Origin: a virus | Taxonomy: Duplodnaviria > Caudoviricetes | DNA length: 64,000 nt | Strand: one strand, 5' to 3' | IMG/VR virus record: IMGVR_UViG_3300020598_000119 | Part shown: positions 63,659 to 64,000 of the stretch, piece after piece | Layout of the letters: each line of letters starts with the position of its first letter | How positions within the stretch are numbered: the first letter of the stretch is position 1 | The notes under the pieces: generated by a model | Seen by the model: only the letters and a program-made list of their open reading frames with translations | Told to the model about the DNA's origin: nothing | The model's database searches: none | Translations under genes and position numbers: made by a program

Positions 63659-63982
63659 TTAATTTGCGTCAATCACATTCTTCTTAGGCTTAGATGCCAT
63701 ACTCCAAGCGGCATAGGCCAAGCCGCCCATATTGATCATCGACAGTCCAACGGCCAAGCTTATGTTGACGTCAGGCGTCCACCCCAGATAGCTCGCCGAC
63801 AACAGGGCAAAGCCACCAACGCACGCAGAAATTAGACCCAAACGTGCGGCCCGTTGCGCGAGCAATGCGCCAGCTACGCACAGCATGCCGACAAGTGTCA
63901 GAAGCAGGAAGCTATCGAGATACTTCATTTCTTCAAACGGCATAGATGCAATCGGGAGGTAATAACCGTACTGGTATATCAA
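63659..63982 (-). CDS. small membrane protein (start uncertain)
   Basis: Three hydrophobic segments. Confidence 0.45.
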   Translation of the reverse strand: MIYQYGYYLPIASMPFEEMKYLDSFLLLTLVGMLCVAGALLAQRAARLGLISACVGGFALLSASYLGWTPDVNISLAVGLSMINMGGLAYAAWSMASKPKKNVIDAN

Positions 63983-64000
63983 TGCGCTAAATACAAGGAA

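Overview
This window looks like part of a large accessory replicon (giant plasmid, phage-plasmid or jumbo-phage-like element) of an alphaproteobacterium, probably Rhizobiales. The basis is an ATP synthase zeta-subunit homolog, a tRNA-His lacking G-1, and rhizobial-type promoters; no replication, capsid or conjugation genes lie in the window, so the element class is uncertain. It carries host-like functions: a Clp ATPase, gyrA, gyrB, nrdHIEF, trpS, rpsU, DnaJ, thioredoxin, DsbA, LolA, peptidoglycan hydrolases, C5 DNA methyltransferases, RtcB, an ADP-ribosylglycohydrolase and a tyrosine recombinase, plus many orphan proteins and three tRNA arrays. Main discovery: each tRNA array is preceded by a near-identical promoter, a short leader ORF missed by the ORF track, and an intrinsic terminator with a competing antiterminator. 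The control codons of each leader match the tRNAs downstream. Array 1 (minus strand; Leu/Pro/His/Tyr) has ...LPHPPHLLPLPYL...; array 2 (Ser/Gln) has 15 consecutive Ser/Gln codons; array 3 (Trp/Thr/Cys/Arg) has ...TRTTWTCWRTYR... with rare AGA/AGG codons. This implies ribosome-mediated attenuation that switches on replacement tRNAs when those tRNAs are depleted or cleaved. trpS has its own Trp-Trp leader. The arrays also contain several atypical tRNA-like or unknown structured RNAs and a stand-alone GatB-tail mini-protein. Many orphan proteins share a similar C-terminal tail that could be a translocation signal.
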